Source of the DNA: Chrysomallon squamiferum | Lineage: Eukaryota > Animalia > Mollusca | DNA length: 64,000 nt | Reading direction: 5' to 3' | Assembly: GCA_012295275.1 (NCBI GenBank) | Contig: CM022673.1 | Location: 16,368,001-16,432,000 of the forward strand | In this document: positions 1-14,109 of the stretch, one piece after another | How positions within the stretch are numbered: the stretch's first letter is position 1 | Layout: each line of letters opens with the position of its first letter | Notes under the pieces: generated by a model | Told to the model about the DNA's origin: nothing | Databases searched by the model: none | What the model saw: the letters and a program-made list of their open reading frames with translations, nothing else | Program-made: the position numbers and the translations under genes

Positions 1-377
1 GAGACTCTTTTATATGATAAGAGTAAGAAAAGTCATGACAAATAAACTCACAAAAGAACTTAGCTTTCTTTGCCTTATGGCAATAACACATTCAGCAAAT
101 CAGCCAAAAATTAATCTTTTGTTTACATCCTTTCTTGATGGAACTGTTAGAGTTTTCTTTCCCATAAAAATGTATTTACCTGTTCAACACTGATTACTAT
201 TACTCTATAGGTTTGATTTTGAATACATTTTATAATTTAAAATAACACTGATTGTGATTAAAAATAATCATTGCCATAATTATCATCATGATAATGATTA
301 ATATTATTATCATTATCTGCATCATTGTTTTAATTTTACTTCTTATTGTTACTGATACTGTTATTTATTATTATTAT

Positions 378-410
<33 letters not shown>

Positions 411-1188
411 AAGTAGTAGTTGTAGTATTAGTATTACTATTGATCTATATTTTTCTTTACTTTTTAAATGCACTATTCCAGGTAAGAAAATATGCTGGTT
501 TAAAATCAATATCCTAGTTTTCACGGTCAGCATTATCAGTATTATCAACATCATGACATTTAAAACATGTAATTTGATTCACTTTTTCACCTTCAGCTGG
601 TTGAATCAGGCTCATCTACATCACCAGACAAATCATTAACAAGCGTTTCACCTGATACATGATTTAATAATTCAAAACATGGCTTTTTATACAACATTAA
701 ACTTTAATATTCGACACGGCTCACATTATTTCATTTCATTGTAGGCAGAGAGTAACCTGGAATTAATATTATGGGAATTCTACGTGTAAAATCAATGCAA
801 AACATATTGTTAGATTTCTAACATATTAAAAATGTATAAAAAAAAGTCATTTGAGTACAGTAAACAAGTAATTTGAATGGCATGGTGCTATGTAATTGGA
901 TGGGGGAATGTAATAAGGATATTTCAATAACATGTAATTAACAAGTTTTAATTTCTGGAGGATTTTTTTTTTTCAATCTGTTCTATGTTTTCCTACATCA
1001 GTCTCCCTTTTATCTATTTTCCTTTTGACTCTTTCCTTCTTTAACTCTGTTTCCCTCTTTTTATTTCTCTCTCCATCTTAATATCAGTCTTTTCTCTATC
1101 TCTTTGTATTTCTCTCTTTATATCTCTCTCTTTCTGAATATAATAAATATATATCTATTCACACACATTCATGCTTGCATCTGTATCT

Positions 1189-1189
<1 letters not shown>

Positions 1190-1269
<80 letters not shown>
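1190..1269. repeat. (CT)n microsatellite; (TG)n follows at 1512-1558
   Basis: Directly visible. Confidence 0.98.
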
Positions 1270-1273
<4 letters not shown>

Positions 1274-1510
1274 CACCCTTTCTCCTTCTTTTCAGACTGC
1301 ATGTATAACTGGTTAATTGTATTTTTTCTGTGCTATTTTGTGCACTAGATAAACCACAGTAATAAACTATAGATGTGTGTTTTGACCTTGAACAGCTCAA
1401 AGAGTGCTCTGTAAGAAATAGAGGAATGTAACAAGGATATTTTGGTAACCTGTTATTAACAAGAATTGTTTTCCAGATTTTATATATATAATTATTTACA
1501 TACATTATTA

Positions 1511-1562
<52 letters not shown>

Positions 1563-1834
1563 ACTTGTTTTTTCAAAGTCTTTTAGTTTCCTGTGTTTCA
1601 TTCTCTCTCTCCAGTATTTAGTATATGAAGATTTTGTTTAAGAATTTACACAAGAAAGAAATGAATATACTTTCATTTGAGATGAGAGTTTTCATGTTTA
1701 ACACATTAAGAAACAAGCAAATAAATTTTGCAAAAAAAATAATAATGAAATAAAACCAATGAACAAACAGACACATGATTTTTCATATTCATCACAAGTT
1801 TTCATTTTCTGTTTTTAAAATATTAAGAGGTGGT

Positions 1835-1910
1835 TTGGAATGGAAGATAATGGATTAATCCTGAAACCAACAGTGTCTCAGACAAATGTTATATCACTAA
1901 GCTACATACA
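1835..1910 (-). mobile_element. possible third, more degraded SINE head
   Basis: Minus strand tgtagcttagtgatataacatttgtctgaga resembles an A-box-bearing tRNA head and the ttgcctgag core. Confidence 0.35.
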
Positions 1911-2461
1911 GTCCATTTTTTTTCAGAAATAAAAGATACAGTTGAATACTGTTGTTTTTGTTGGCGTTCACTCCATTTTAGTTTTTAACACATTTTCTTG
2001 TCAGACAAATTACAGTGTATATTCTTTTTTCTTACTATGTCATTTGTTATAGTTTTCTTTTAGATATTTCTTGCTGCATCTTATTGTTGTATTTTTTCTT
2101 GTAAACATCTGCTGCTTTACACATTTATGTTTCTGCTTATTTGTAGACATTTGTGTTGCTGTAATCATGTGTTGTAAACATTTACATTGTTGTGTTTTTC
2201 TTGTAATCATTTGTTGCTATAAAGATTTGTGTTGTCATATAGTTTGTTTTCTTGTAAACAGTTATACTGGTGTAAACATCTGGTTGCACTGTCTTATTGT
2301 AAATACTGGTGCTGATAACTGGCTGGTTGTCAAGGTGAGATGCAACGACCTTGATACATAATTTGTGTCTCTGTGGGTGTTTATGTGTATGAACATGTAT
2401 TTAGATATGTGTGTGCAGATCTCTATATATATACATTCATACATAGATACATACCTATAAA

Positions 2462-2525
<64 letters not shown>

Positions 2526-2884
2526 TATATATATATATATACTTCTTTTTCCCTCTTTTTTTAAATTCACAAATCAAAATAACATCTAATTTAAATACTA
2601 GAGGGATTAAAAAAAAAAAAAATCTTTTTTTTCAGTAGTTAATTTAATCTAAAACAACAAAAAATATGGGTTTCAAATATGAAATATAAGATAGTTTTGC
2701 TGTATCATATTCTGCATATAAGAATTTAAAATAAAAAAAATTGATAACTGTTTTACTGATTAATTCTTGATGCGTTCAAACTGATTTTGAAATTACCAGA
2801 TTTCCTACAGTGACTCTTTATCTACAATAACTTATTATAAATTATTGAAAGTTAAATATATTATATAATTCTCAACATTTTATT

Positions 2885-3262
2885 AAGCTATGTATTTCTC
2901 TAATTCTCTCTTTTTAAGCTATATTTTTCTCTAATTTCAATATTTTATTTAAGCTATATTTTTCTCTAATTTCAATATTTTATTTAACCTATATTTTTCT
3001 CAAATTTCAATATTTTAATTAACGTATATTTTTCTCTAATTTCAATATTTTATTTAATCTATATTTTTCTCTAATTTCAATATATTATTTAACCTATATT
3101 TTTCTCTAATTTCAGTATTTTATTTAAGCTATAGTTTTCTCTAATTCTCTCTTTTTAAGCTATATTTTTCTCTAATTTCAATATTTCATTTAAGCTATAT
3201 TTTTCTCTAATTTCAATATTTCATTTAATCTATATTTTTCTCTAATTTCAAGACTATTTAAG
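2885..3262. repeat. 35-bp minisatellite, ~11 units (aagctatatttttctctaatttcaatattttattt)
   Basis: Units start at 2916, 2951, 2986, 3021, 3056, 3091, 3126, then a 31-bp variant. Confidence 0.95.
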
Positions 3263-4819
3263 CATTTTCTTTTGATGCTGTGCAAGAAGTGTTATTTTCA
3301 GCTGCAGATCAGTTCTTCAAGTATTTAAGACAATCTGCTTATCTCCAACTTAATTGTTGTGGAAGTGTTACTGTTGGATTTAACTCTAAAAGCCATTTCA
3401 ACTAAATTGGTATAAAACTTTTAAAATAATTTGAATGCATCAGTTTTAAAACCAGTTCATGGACTTTAGCATTAGAAGTTATAAATAGTTTCAAAATCAT
3501 TTTGAGTAAACTTTGTACAAAGAGGTTTAAATATTTAAAGCCAGTTCACACAAAATGACTTTTAAAAAGTTTATTGATAAATGTTCAGTAATTAAATTTT
3601 TATCATTTAAAAAAAAAAAAAAAAAAAAAAAATTAATTAGTCATTAATGTTTCATAATAAATGTCAGCATTTTGTAGGACATTACATTTGATTGACACTG
3701 TTAAGTATACTATTATAAAAACATCTTTTTTTAAATTTTTTGTTTGGCATTATGAAACTTTAACATTTTGTACAGCCATGTTAAATGTTAAATTAACTAA
3801 TACTCAGACATGATCAACAAGATTAAATGAATATATGGTAGTAAACCTAATTTTATTTTTGTTTTAATCAGTTCTTTTTTATATTTAGCTTTATGAAACT
3901 TTAGCATTTTGTCCATACATTGCCTAATACTTAATCTCGAAACTTAATAGTATTTATTTTTTAAGACAGCTATAAATTTCTGTTTTAATCAGTTTTTTCC
4001 TTATTTAACATCATAAAACTTTTTAAATATTTAGTTTTTGCTAATATTAAAATACATTTTATATGTTTTCCAACATTTATTGATTAACAATATTAATTAG
4101 AAAAAAAATATAATGAAAACAAAAATATACAAAAATCAATATGATGGATTTTAGAAAAAAAGATCTTGTTTTGGAAACACCATTGGTTTAAACAAAATTT
4201 TGTTCCATATTTAATGTTTGTCTGATGGGGATGGGGGAGGTTATTATATGCACAGCTGTTGTGAAAATATTTTTAAAACTTCAAAATATTGCTAATTTAC
4301 ACTGATTTAACTGTTGGTTTAAAAATTATTATTGTTGTTGTTTTTGTTGTTGCTGCTGTTATTTTATTATTATATTTGTTTCACTCTGTTTGGAATCATT
4401 TCTGGTTTCTGTCTTTCTGCCTTACTCTTTTGGTTCTGTTGTTTTAATATTATTTTAAAATCATTTTAAATTATAACTTTAAGGCATTAATTATTGTAAA
4501 TCTAATCACCTAAGACATTTTCATACACAAATAAAAATAATTAAACTTCTTTCCATCAAAACATTACAAAAATAAAATTACAGTTTACTATTTCTTTCAT
4601 TTCTAACTGGCAAAAATAAAATTTAATATTTTAATTTAAAAAAGGTTTCTTTTTAAATCTTTACTTTTTATCAATTAAGTGTATCTAATAAAACTTAAAT
4701 TCACAGAATTTTGTTTTAAAATTCTAAGCTATAAAACAGTTATAAAACTCACTTCTCTGATATTAATAATATTACATATGAGTCAGTCTTGAACATTATC
4801 TTTCAATCATGAAATGAAA

Positions 4820-5320
4820 AATTTATGATTTAACTTGTATACAAAATATTTATCTGATACAACAAATGTTTAACTTTGAATACAAAAATATTTAACATGG
4901 ATACAATATATTTAACTTGCATACAAAACATTTAATTTATGTACAAAAAATTTAACTTGCATACCAAATATTTAACTTACATACAAAATGTTTAATTTAT
5001 GTTACAAAATATTTAACTTTGCTTACAAAATATTTAACTTACGTACAAAATATTTTACTTGTATACAAAATATTAACTTATATACAAAATATTTAATTTG
5101 GATACAAAATATTTAATTTATATACAAATTATTTAATTTTTATCCAAAATATTTAACTTATGTACAAAATATTTAACATACAAACTATTTAACTTTCATC
5201 CAAACTATTTAACTTACATAGAAAATAACATACAAAATATTTAACTTATATACAAAATATTTAACTTGCATAAAATGATTAACTTACATACAAAATGTTT
5301 ATGTTATATACAAAAGTGTA
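4820..5320. repeat. ~20-bp degenerate minisatellite (atacaaaatatttaactt..)
   Basis: More than 20 visible tandem copies. Confidence 0.92.
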
Positions 5321-5613
5321 TTACATTACTAGTGAAAATTAGGTATATATTTTGCCAAACATCTTCGTCTGTTTGCAGACTTGTCAGTGATAAATGTATA
5401 ACTAATATTACTTGTTCCACAGATCTTCATTTTCCCTCTGTTATAGCCATTTGTGTACTAACAAGAAAACATAGCCACTGTTTTTACAATACAAGATGTA
5501 TTTAACAAGACAGAACACATCCTGTGAGTAAAACAAAACAAGACTAAATAAAATATTTTGTTTCTAAATATGTGAGAGTTTTTTTGTAAACAAAACAGGT
5601 TTTTATATCACAG

Positions 5614-5621
5614 TGACGTCA
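5614..5621. promoter_or_regulatory. full palindromic CRE (TGACGTCA)
   Basis: Exact consensus in a CpG-poor background, about 1.5 kb upstream of the candidate first exon; function untested. Confidence 0.3.
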
Positions 5622-6363
5622 AAATACAGATTAAATAAATTTCATATGCTTCTAAGTGGACATGATATTTTTGTTTTCTTCTTAGAGAATATGGACAGAA
5701 ACATGTATTTAAAAACACACTAGTTAGTGTTTATAAGTTTTTTTGTTAAAATATACTTTGTGGTATTAACAAATAGCCCAATTTTGTATATTTCCAAACT
5801 GCTATTTTTATTATTTATGTCTCTTGTTAAAGTTTATGTTTGGAGATTGCTAAAAGATTTTTTTTTTTTTTTTCAACTTCCATTAATTGTTTTTATTTTA
5901 TTTTATTTTATTTATATATATATTTTATTATTACCATTATTAATTCTTAAGAATGTTTCATGTAGCAAACCAAATAAACAGTCATTATGTGCTGTATTAA
6001 ACTTTGCTAATAATAAAGGATATAAGTAATATAGCAAATTCACATTTTTGATCTGTGTGCTTACAAAGAAATAAATACTGAAAAAAAGAAAAGAAAACAA
6101 AAAGAGAAACAATGTGACAGGTATTTCAAATTGCCAGTAAGTTACAGAATAACAATGAAATTAAACAAGATGGAGACATCACATGTAGCAGTTCCTGTTA
6201 ACACATCTTACTTATTAACACATTACTGATTAGCACATTTTACCAGTAGCTTATATTCCATATCCACATGTATGTGAACTATGAAATTGTTAATATCAGG
6301 TTCCCTCTCTGAAAGTGTAATTTTATATTTAAAGATTTTTTTAATTCATCTTAATTATTAAAA

Positions 6364-6395
6364 TATGGTTTTGTTACCCATACTAGTATTCACTT

Positions 6396-6433
<38 letters not shown>

Positions 6434-6699
6434 AAACTTCGAAAGATATTCAGAAAAAGTTAACCTTTTGGCTTAGAAAACCAAAAAGAAAAGAACAAGA
6501 ATATTTTTAAAAAAAAAGGAAAAAAAAAAAAAAGATTCCTCTACACAGATTTGAACCCACATTTATCAATCAGCAGCATATTGTTTTTTAAAAACCAATC
6601 AATATTATAGATTTTTACATATCCCCAAACAGAAGAAAACTGTTAATACTAAGCATATTGATTCTGTATGATTTTGTTACCCATACTAGTATTAAATTA

Positions 6700-6730
<31 letters not shown>

Positions 6731-6817
6731 AAACTTCGAAAGAAAAATTAGGATTTCTGGATATTCAGAAAATGTTAACCTTTTCGCTTAGAAAACCAAA
6801 AAGAAAAGAACAAGAAT

Positions 6818-6848
<31 letters not shown>

Positions 6849-6982
6849 GATTCCTCTACACAGATTTGAACCCACATTTTTCAATCAGCAGCATATTGTT
6901 CTTAAAAACCAATCAATATTATAGATTTTTACATATCCCCAAACAGAAGAAAACTGTTAATACTAAGCATATTGATTCTGTA
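6364..6982. repeat. near-identical ~300-bp tandem duplication (6364-6666 / 6667-6982)
   Basis: The copies differ mainly in poly(A) lengths, a few substitutions and an ~18-nt indel. Confidence 0.95.
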
Positions 6983-7173
6983 CCCGTTGTGCACACATGA
7001 CATGTAAGTAGTAGCGTGGGTTACTTTTATTGATTGCCGGGTGTGTGTATATCACCGTATTTCTCTGTCACTTGGCCAGTGTTTGTTCAAGTGCTGACTT
7101 CCAGCATGTTAAGACAGTTAGTGTGATGTTGACAATGCCTTGGAATAACAGTGTTTGAAGAAAGTGGTCAAAA

Positions 7174-7216
7174 ATGATGAGCTATTCCGAGTCAACTGAT
7201 GGAAAACAGTTTACAG
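7174..7216 (+). CDS. candidate first coding exon of the STAC-like gene: MMSYSESTDGKQFT (phase 1), or MENSLQ from 7199 (phase 0)
   Basis: Ends a GC/CpG-richer island (~6983-7216); caaaaATG context, upstream in-frame TGA, CAG|gtaaca donor. Confidence 0.45.
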
Positions 7217-8094
7217 GTAACATTTGTATTTGTGTGTACCTTTCTGTGAGGTGGGTTTGTTTGGAAAGGGAAAATGGTGTGTGATGCTGGAATACAGTCC
7301 ATTTGTGTGATTATGGGAGTTTGGTGGGTTTATGTAATGTGAGAAAATGACGAGTTTGTTTGGTAAGTTTGTGATGTGTGTGTTGGGTTTCTTGTTTGTA
7401 TGTGTTTGTATGTGCATGGTATGTTTGTACTGGTATATTTAGATATAAATACTTATATAAAATAATATAAACCAATATATATTTAACAAATATATATATA
7501 TTTTGTGTGTGTGTTTAGATATAAATACTTACATAACAATAATACATACCAATATTTTCATGAATATTACTTTTTAAAATTAACAATATGCATGTTAGGA
7601 TGAAATATATGTTCAGTATTTGCAGGACAGATACTTTGCAGATAATTTCATTTATGTAACATATACATAATTACTTATTATGTAAAACCATAATTACATA
7701 TACATGTATTTATTCATCATTTCTGTTGGCTTGTTCTGTGTGGAAATTCCAAAACAAATATCACACTTTTACTTTTATTTCTCTGTAAAATAACAAATTA
7801 TAAATATTTTTATATAACTTTAAAATCCCCCATATTATACACTGTCTTTAATCTGGCTTATATAAAATTTGTGCTATTTAATTATATTCATTCTGAAAAA
7901 GATTAATGTATGGCAGTAATACAAAGTGTATTTTACAGAAACAGTTGTAAAATATCTATTAATTTCACACATTACTTGTTAATTATCTTCTCACACCACT
8001 TTCAATATGTTACAGAAATATCTTTTTTTATAGAATGCGGACAGTTATTCTAAGAATTTTTCATTTTGTTTATAAATGAACGTTACAGAGTAAA

Positions 8095-8215
8095 AGTTGA
8101 GTGTTTGCCTGAGGCCTCAGTGGTCACTGGATCAAGCCTCTTCTCTTCACCCACTGGGTTATTTTTCATTCCAGCCCTTGTCCCAGGGCTGGTTTATTAA
8201 AGGTTGTGCTATTTG
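8095..8215 (+). mobile_element. degenerate tRNA-derived SINE-like remnant
   Basis: gagtgtttgcctgagg...cacccactgggttatttttcattccagcc matches the reverse complement of 21277-21375; tRNA-like head. Confidence 0.6.
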
Positions 8216-9282
8216 TTTTCTAGTAAAAGATAGATTTTTTGATATCCTGTGTGTGTTTGACTCTGTAAATATGCATTTACTAGTATGCTAATATGTACAC
8301 CAAAACACAGATACATACATAAAACACACACACACACACACACATATACATATATACACAAATAAACACATATACACACACATAACAATAGACATACCCA
8401 TTATTTTGTAAATATATATATATTCCAGATTTTCAAACAATTGATATTTTACAAAGAATGTGAAAAAAAAAAAAAAAATAAAAAAAAACATTCTAATAAT
8501 AAATTTTTTTTTTTTTAAATAATAATAATAATAATAATAAAAATAAATAACAAATTTGTGGAATTTGATATAAATGTTTTATTCAGTTTTGAAACATTTG
8601 GTTTTCTGAATCCAAACCTGGATACGAAAACAAAAAAAAAAAAAAAAAAAAAAAAAGAAAAAAGATATATTAATATTTTCTTAATACTATTCATTATTGA
8701 TTTTTTTTATTTATTATTTTTTTTATTAAATTCCTTGAACATAAACAAGAAGAAAATGTCATGGGGTATAAAGGCTTAACATGATTTAATCACTAACATT
8801 AATAAGATTTAACTAAATAATTGCACAGATTTACTAGCCCTTGATTTTAGTAGAGAAATAAGGTCTGGAAGGTCACAAGTTCGGTTCTTATTAGGGTACA
8901 ATAAGTCTTTATTAAATCATAGCTGATGCTCATGTTTGTATATCAACATCTGTGGCATATGTTTTACTGCCATTGGAAGGTGTGACTGTAAAATAGTGTT
9001 TGCTAATTGGTAGGAGTAACCCATCATATGGTAGTAATAGGTTTCTTCTCTGAAAATCAAAATCAGCTGTAACAGGACATTATAATATACAACAGCTCAG
9101 GTTTCACTATGTCAATAATTTTTATTTAATTATTTAATTATTTATTTATATATTTCATTTTATTTTATTTCATTTTATTTTATTTTATTTTATTTTTTAT
9201 TATTATTTTTTTTTTTTTTTGAATGTTCTTTCCTAACATAAATAAAGTAGATATTAAAAAAAAAAAAAAAAGATTGCTTTTA

Positions 9283-9319
<37 letters not shown>

Positions 9320-11804
9320 TACTACTATTACCTTAATTATTATTAAAAATTTTTTTACTAAATGAAATTTATATTATTGCTGATGTGATGAAATCTGAGA
9401 TTAAGTCAGCCATTTAATTCAAAATTAATTTTAAAAAAATTAAAGTTTTCATAACTTGTTTTTTGAATTGATGTTCTTTTTTATCGCTGATGTCCTTGTT
9501 TTTCTTTTTTTTTCTTTTTGTCATAAATATTTGATATTTGCATCATATGCAAGATAATTTTTTTTATAGTAAAATAAACTTGACATTAACACAATCCAGA
9601 TTTTAAGAAACATAAACTCAGTTGCTGAGCTTTGATATTAAAGTATTATTATTAGACTAACAATGTTTATCTGGATTTGTGAATTATATGTCTTAACAGA
9701 ATGCAGAAAAGTACAAATATAATGACAGCTCTTAACAGAACCATGCAATTATTTTATTTCGCATAAATGGAGGGGATTATATATATGTATAATTTGTTGC
9801 TTCTAAGACATCAACATAATTATCTCATTTCTTTTAAAATTTGGAAAAGATATTACTTGCATGCTAAAAAAAGACAGTGTCTTTTTAAAAATGTTAATTA
9901 CTATAGATATTTTAGTAAAATGTTTTACAAATGCTCAACATTAATACAGTAAATCAATCAACTAGAGAGTTGGTTTCCATTCTTTCAGTCTGTAGCTGTT
10001 TCTCTTTCTTTCTTTCTATCTTTTTTCTTACTTTTTCTAATATTCTTTTCCCTCTGTCTCTCTGTTTCTGCTGTGTCTGATCTCTCTCTACATTTACACA
10101 CACACACATATATATATATATATGTATATTGCTATTTTACCAAACTTTGTTTGTTGAACGTGTTTCCAACCACAGAACAATTCAGTGATTTTGATTACCA
10201 TTATAAATTTTTCTATTGACAACATGTCTCACTGCAAAACAACTGAATATTCCCAAGGGATATATGTTTCTTTGTAAGAATAATTCTCATTAATTATGCA
10301 TTATGCTTTATAGCTGAATAACTAGAAACCCTGAAACAACAGTTCAGTCAACCATTTTTCAAACATTAAAAACAATTTCAGTCTAATTTTCTAGCATATT
10401 TAGCATGTTGAATAAATTCTATGGGCATGAGATTAAAGTCAGCCATTTTTTTCAACCATAAAAACAAATTATACAATCTAGAAGTGAAGGACACTGAACA
10501 TGGTTACATTAATACTATATGTATGAGATAAAGTCATTCAATTTACCAAAACACAAATTCAGTCTAATGTTCAAGCATGGTGAACATGTCATTTGTATTT
10601 GTTAATAACATTCCTTAATCACAATCATTTTTCAGCCATAAAAGCAAATTCAAATTTAATGTACTATATGAATAAAGTATGTAGGTATGAAATCAATCAG
10701 TTGATCACAGAGTGTTTTGTCTCAGCTAATATTTGCAATGTTTTTTTATTTCATAATATTCAAGTATGCTAAAAATTATTTTGAAAATGTCATTAACAGT
10801 CTGCCCTGAAAAACAGCCATTTTAAGCCATGGAATTCTTAAAAGAGTTCAAGCAGACATTTCATGCAACAGAATCTGAGATTAATGATTTAGACCAAGAA
10901 AAAAAGAGTTTTAAATTAATATTTATTCAGAGAAACATTTTTCTGTAACAAACTTTTTTTTTCTTCCTTTTTTTTTTAAACATAGTTAATTAGTTATTTA
11001 TTTATTAATATTATTTTTTCAGATTTTTTTTGTATTGTTTTGTATTTTTACTTGTATAATATTTTTTTCATACGATGCAGTGATTTTAAAACTGGTACAG
11101 ATGTTTGAAAATATATTTATTTCAAACATTCAGAAATAAAATATTTTTAAAAATTTGAATTAAAGAGAATAAGAAAATGATAAAAAGTGAGAGAAAAAAT
11201 GAAAGAAAAAGATGAAAGACAGAGAGAAATAGAAAAAAAAAAAATCAAAGACAAGGGAGAAAGAGATTGAGAGAAAACATAATTAATAGCCATAAACAAA
11301 TTATACAACAACTGTTTTTATAAATTAACAATAAAAAAACACCTGAAAAATAAAAAGAAAGAATGAAAATTTAAAACTAATTAGAAAGATAATTCAACAG
11401 TATTTTTTTTTTTTTTTTTTGAAATTATATATGATGACATTTTTACAAGGATTCCAATAATTTGTTTTCTAAGCAGCTTGATAATTATGTAAAAATTGCC
11501 CTTTAGAATATTCACTGAGCATATGGTTGCTTTGGTAACAAATGATTTTAGTTGGAAACTACAGTTAAGTGCCACTATGAAACTATTATCACCAGCAGGA
11601 AAATGTGTTATAATGTCGATTTTGCTTGCTGTGAACTGTTTGAAATGTCATGGGTTTGATATTTAAGCGAACAAAATAGATAAAACCGAAAATCTCCAAT
11701 AAAGATTTAAATAACAGATTTAATAATACTGCATTAACTTACACAGACATACACCATACATTTCCATTTTGTCTTTATTATTTGCTGTGAAATATAATAT
11801 AGGT

Positions 11805-12150
11805 TCTGTACAATATAAAGCTGTACAATACAGTACAGTACAATACAAAATAATATACAGTAGTGTACAGTTGGTAAAGTACACAACAATACAAAATAAC
11901 ACAATATGTACAGTACAGTAAAGTATGGTACAATACAAAATAACACAATATTGAACAATACAATACAATATCATGCAGTAAAGTACAAAATAACACAATA
12001 TTGAACAATACAATACAATATCATGCAGTAAAGTACAAAATAACACAATACTGTACAATACAATACTATATTGTATGTTACATTTGAGATGGTACAGCAT
12101 AATAAGTACAACAGAATATGGTACAATGTGCTATTCTACAGTACTGTACA
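11805..12150. repeat. (TACAA/TACAG)-based pentamer-derived repeat with an internal ~50-bp duplication
   Basis: acaaaataacacaatattgaacaatacaatacaatatcatgcagtaaagt occurs twice in tandem. Confidence 0.88.
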
Positions 12151-12239
12151 ATTCAGTAGATTCAAACTTTATTTACTCTTGTGGGAGGGTGTTAATATTA
12201 TGGAGACTGTATATTATGTATGTATATGTATATACATGC

Positions 12240-12240
<1 letters not shown>

Positions 12241-12270
<30 letters not shown>

Positions 12271-12276
12271 CATACA

Positions 12277-12306
<30 letters not shown>
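12241..12306. repeat. (TACA)n microsatellite; compound (TAGA)n(TG)n at 12726-12798
   Basis: Directly visible. Confidence 0.98.
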
Positions 12307-12307
<1 letters not shown>

Positions 12308-12725
12308 TCCACACAGATGTATTTAACATTAAGAAACGTGGAATTGTATTAATCTGTTAATATAATTAATGAACTGAACATGCAGTATCCAGTAAACAAC
12401 TATTTATAACTGTTTTATTAACATTAACCAAATTGTTTAAGAAAACGGTTAGTGAACTCAATGTTTCCATAAATGTATTAATATAGTTAATGATTCTGTT
12501 TTTAGCTCAAAAACGAAACAGATGGTCTTTATTAATAGAGTTTCATTAACAAACTGAACTTTTATTTATTTTATATGTTGTTTATGTTTTTATAATGTTT
12601 TGTTTTTAAATCATATAAGTTGTATATTTTGGATACAATACAGATATCTCTATATCTATGTTGATTTATAATGCAGATATTTTGGTTTTCTCATTTGCAT
12701 CATGTGAATTTATATAAATATTTAT

Positions 12726-12801
<76 letters not shown>

Positions 12802-12939
12802 GTGAGAAGAGAGAAAGAAACAGAGTTTAAATTACCATATAAAATATACAATGATTTAAATATGAATTTTTAAATTTTAAAATTTGTTATGAAATTTCTA
12901 AATCTTGTCTATGTATGTATGCATGCATCTATGTTTCTC

Positions 12940-12978
<39 letters not shown>

Positions 12979-14070
12979 ATGGTGTATAATGATACATCTC
13001 TGCTTATGTAACATAAAACCAAATACAATGATTTACAATGCTATAATCCTCTTTTCATATCTCCCGGGCTTGTCACATTTACGAGAAAAGAAATAAAAAC
13101 ACACTTTCTGCAGGTCTTGTACTGTGATACCACAGGAAGTAACATGATAAAATAAATAAATGTTGTTTATTTTGGAATGTAAATACAAGACTCCATCGGT
13201 TTCTTCATCACATAAAACTTCGGTGGCTGTAAATATTGGTCTTGTTTCACCTTACTGAAATAATTTACAGAAATAAATAAATAAATAAATTTCATGTATG
13301 GAAAGCGTGTTAATAAGAAGAAAATATGAGGTTTGTGCATGTTAATGTAAACACAGATCTTGTTTGATATTAGCACAGAACAGAAAAAAGAGAAAAAATT
13401 CATGTTTATTTTTCCTCAGAAACTCCCGAATTATCATATTTTGGGTTTTAATGTGTAAGTGGGTGGGAAAACATTTTTTTGAGTTTGTTTTTTTTAATAA
13501 TTTTTCATTTCAATTTTTGCTTAAAGTTATCATGTATCATGCATATACAATATTGTATTATTATATTCAATTAGGGTAGTTACCTATATATTATTAATGA
13601 AATCAACATTTCAAGATTCCCAGCCCAATTTTTTTTCCATAATTCAGGGATAGTAAAAGTTATTTATTATCTGAATATTTGTTTTTCACCTTTTTATGTA
13701 TTTTTTTAAATCTTAAATTTTTATTGTTTTTAACCTTCTGGAAACATTTTTCCTTCTTTCTGTCATTCCTTATTATTTTTTTTTAAATGTTTTTCATTTT
13801 TCTTCTTTCTTTTTCTTACTGTCCCTTTCCACCTTGTCAGTAACTGTGAAGGTAAATCATGATTTTCACCTGCTCACCTGTAACAATGTTTTTAAAGTGA
13901 TGTTTTAACTGGAGCAGTTAAAACACTGATAGCTGCAGATGAGACTTGGCAGCAAGATTGTGTAATGACGTCTCCAGAAATCATTACTCTTCAGTTTTCA
14001 ACCTTTTGTGTTGTAATTAACAAAAAAAAAAAAAAAAATCCAAAAGTGTTAAATCCCTAGATAGCTTGGC

Positions 14071-14109
<39 letters not shown>

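Noticed and set aside
2167-2334. Cys-rich ORF (MCCKHLHCC...) ending at a phase-0 AAG|gtgaga donor
   Set aside because: It derives from a degenerate ttgtaaaca tandem repeat and is not a C1 pattern. It cannot be supported as coding, though the donor may be real.
2885-3262. 35-bp repeats as a CRISPR array
   Set aside because: Head-to-tail units with no unique spacers, no cas genes, eukaryotic context.
11720-12100. Overlapping Cys/Tyr-rich minus-strand ORFs
   Set aside because: By-product of the TACAA pentamer repeat.
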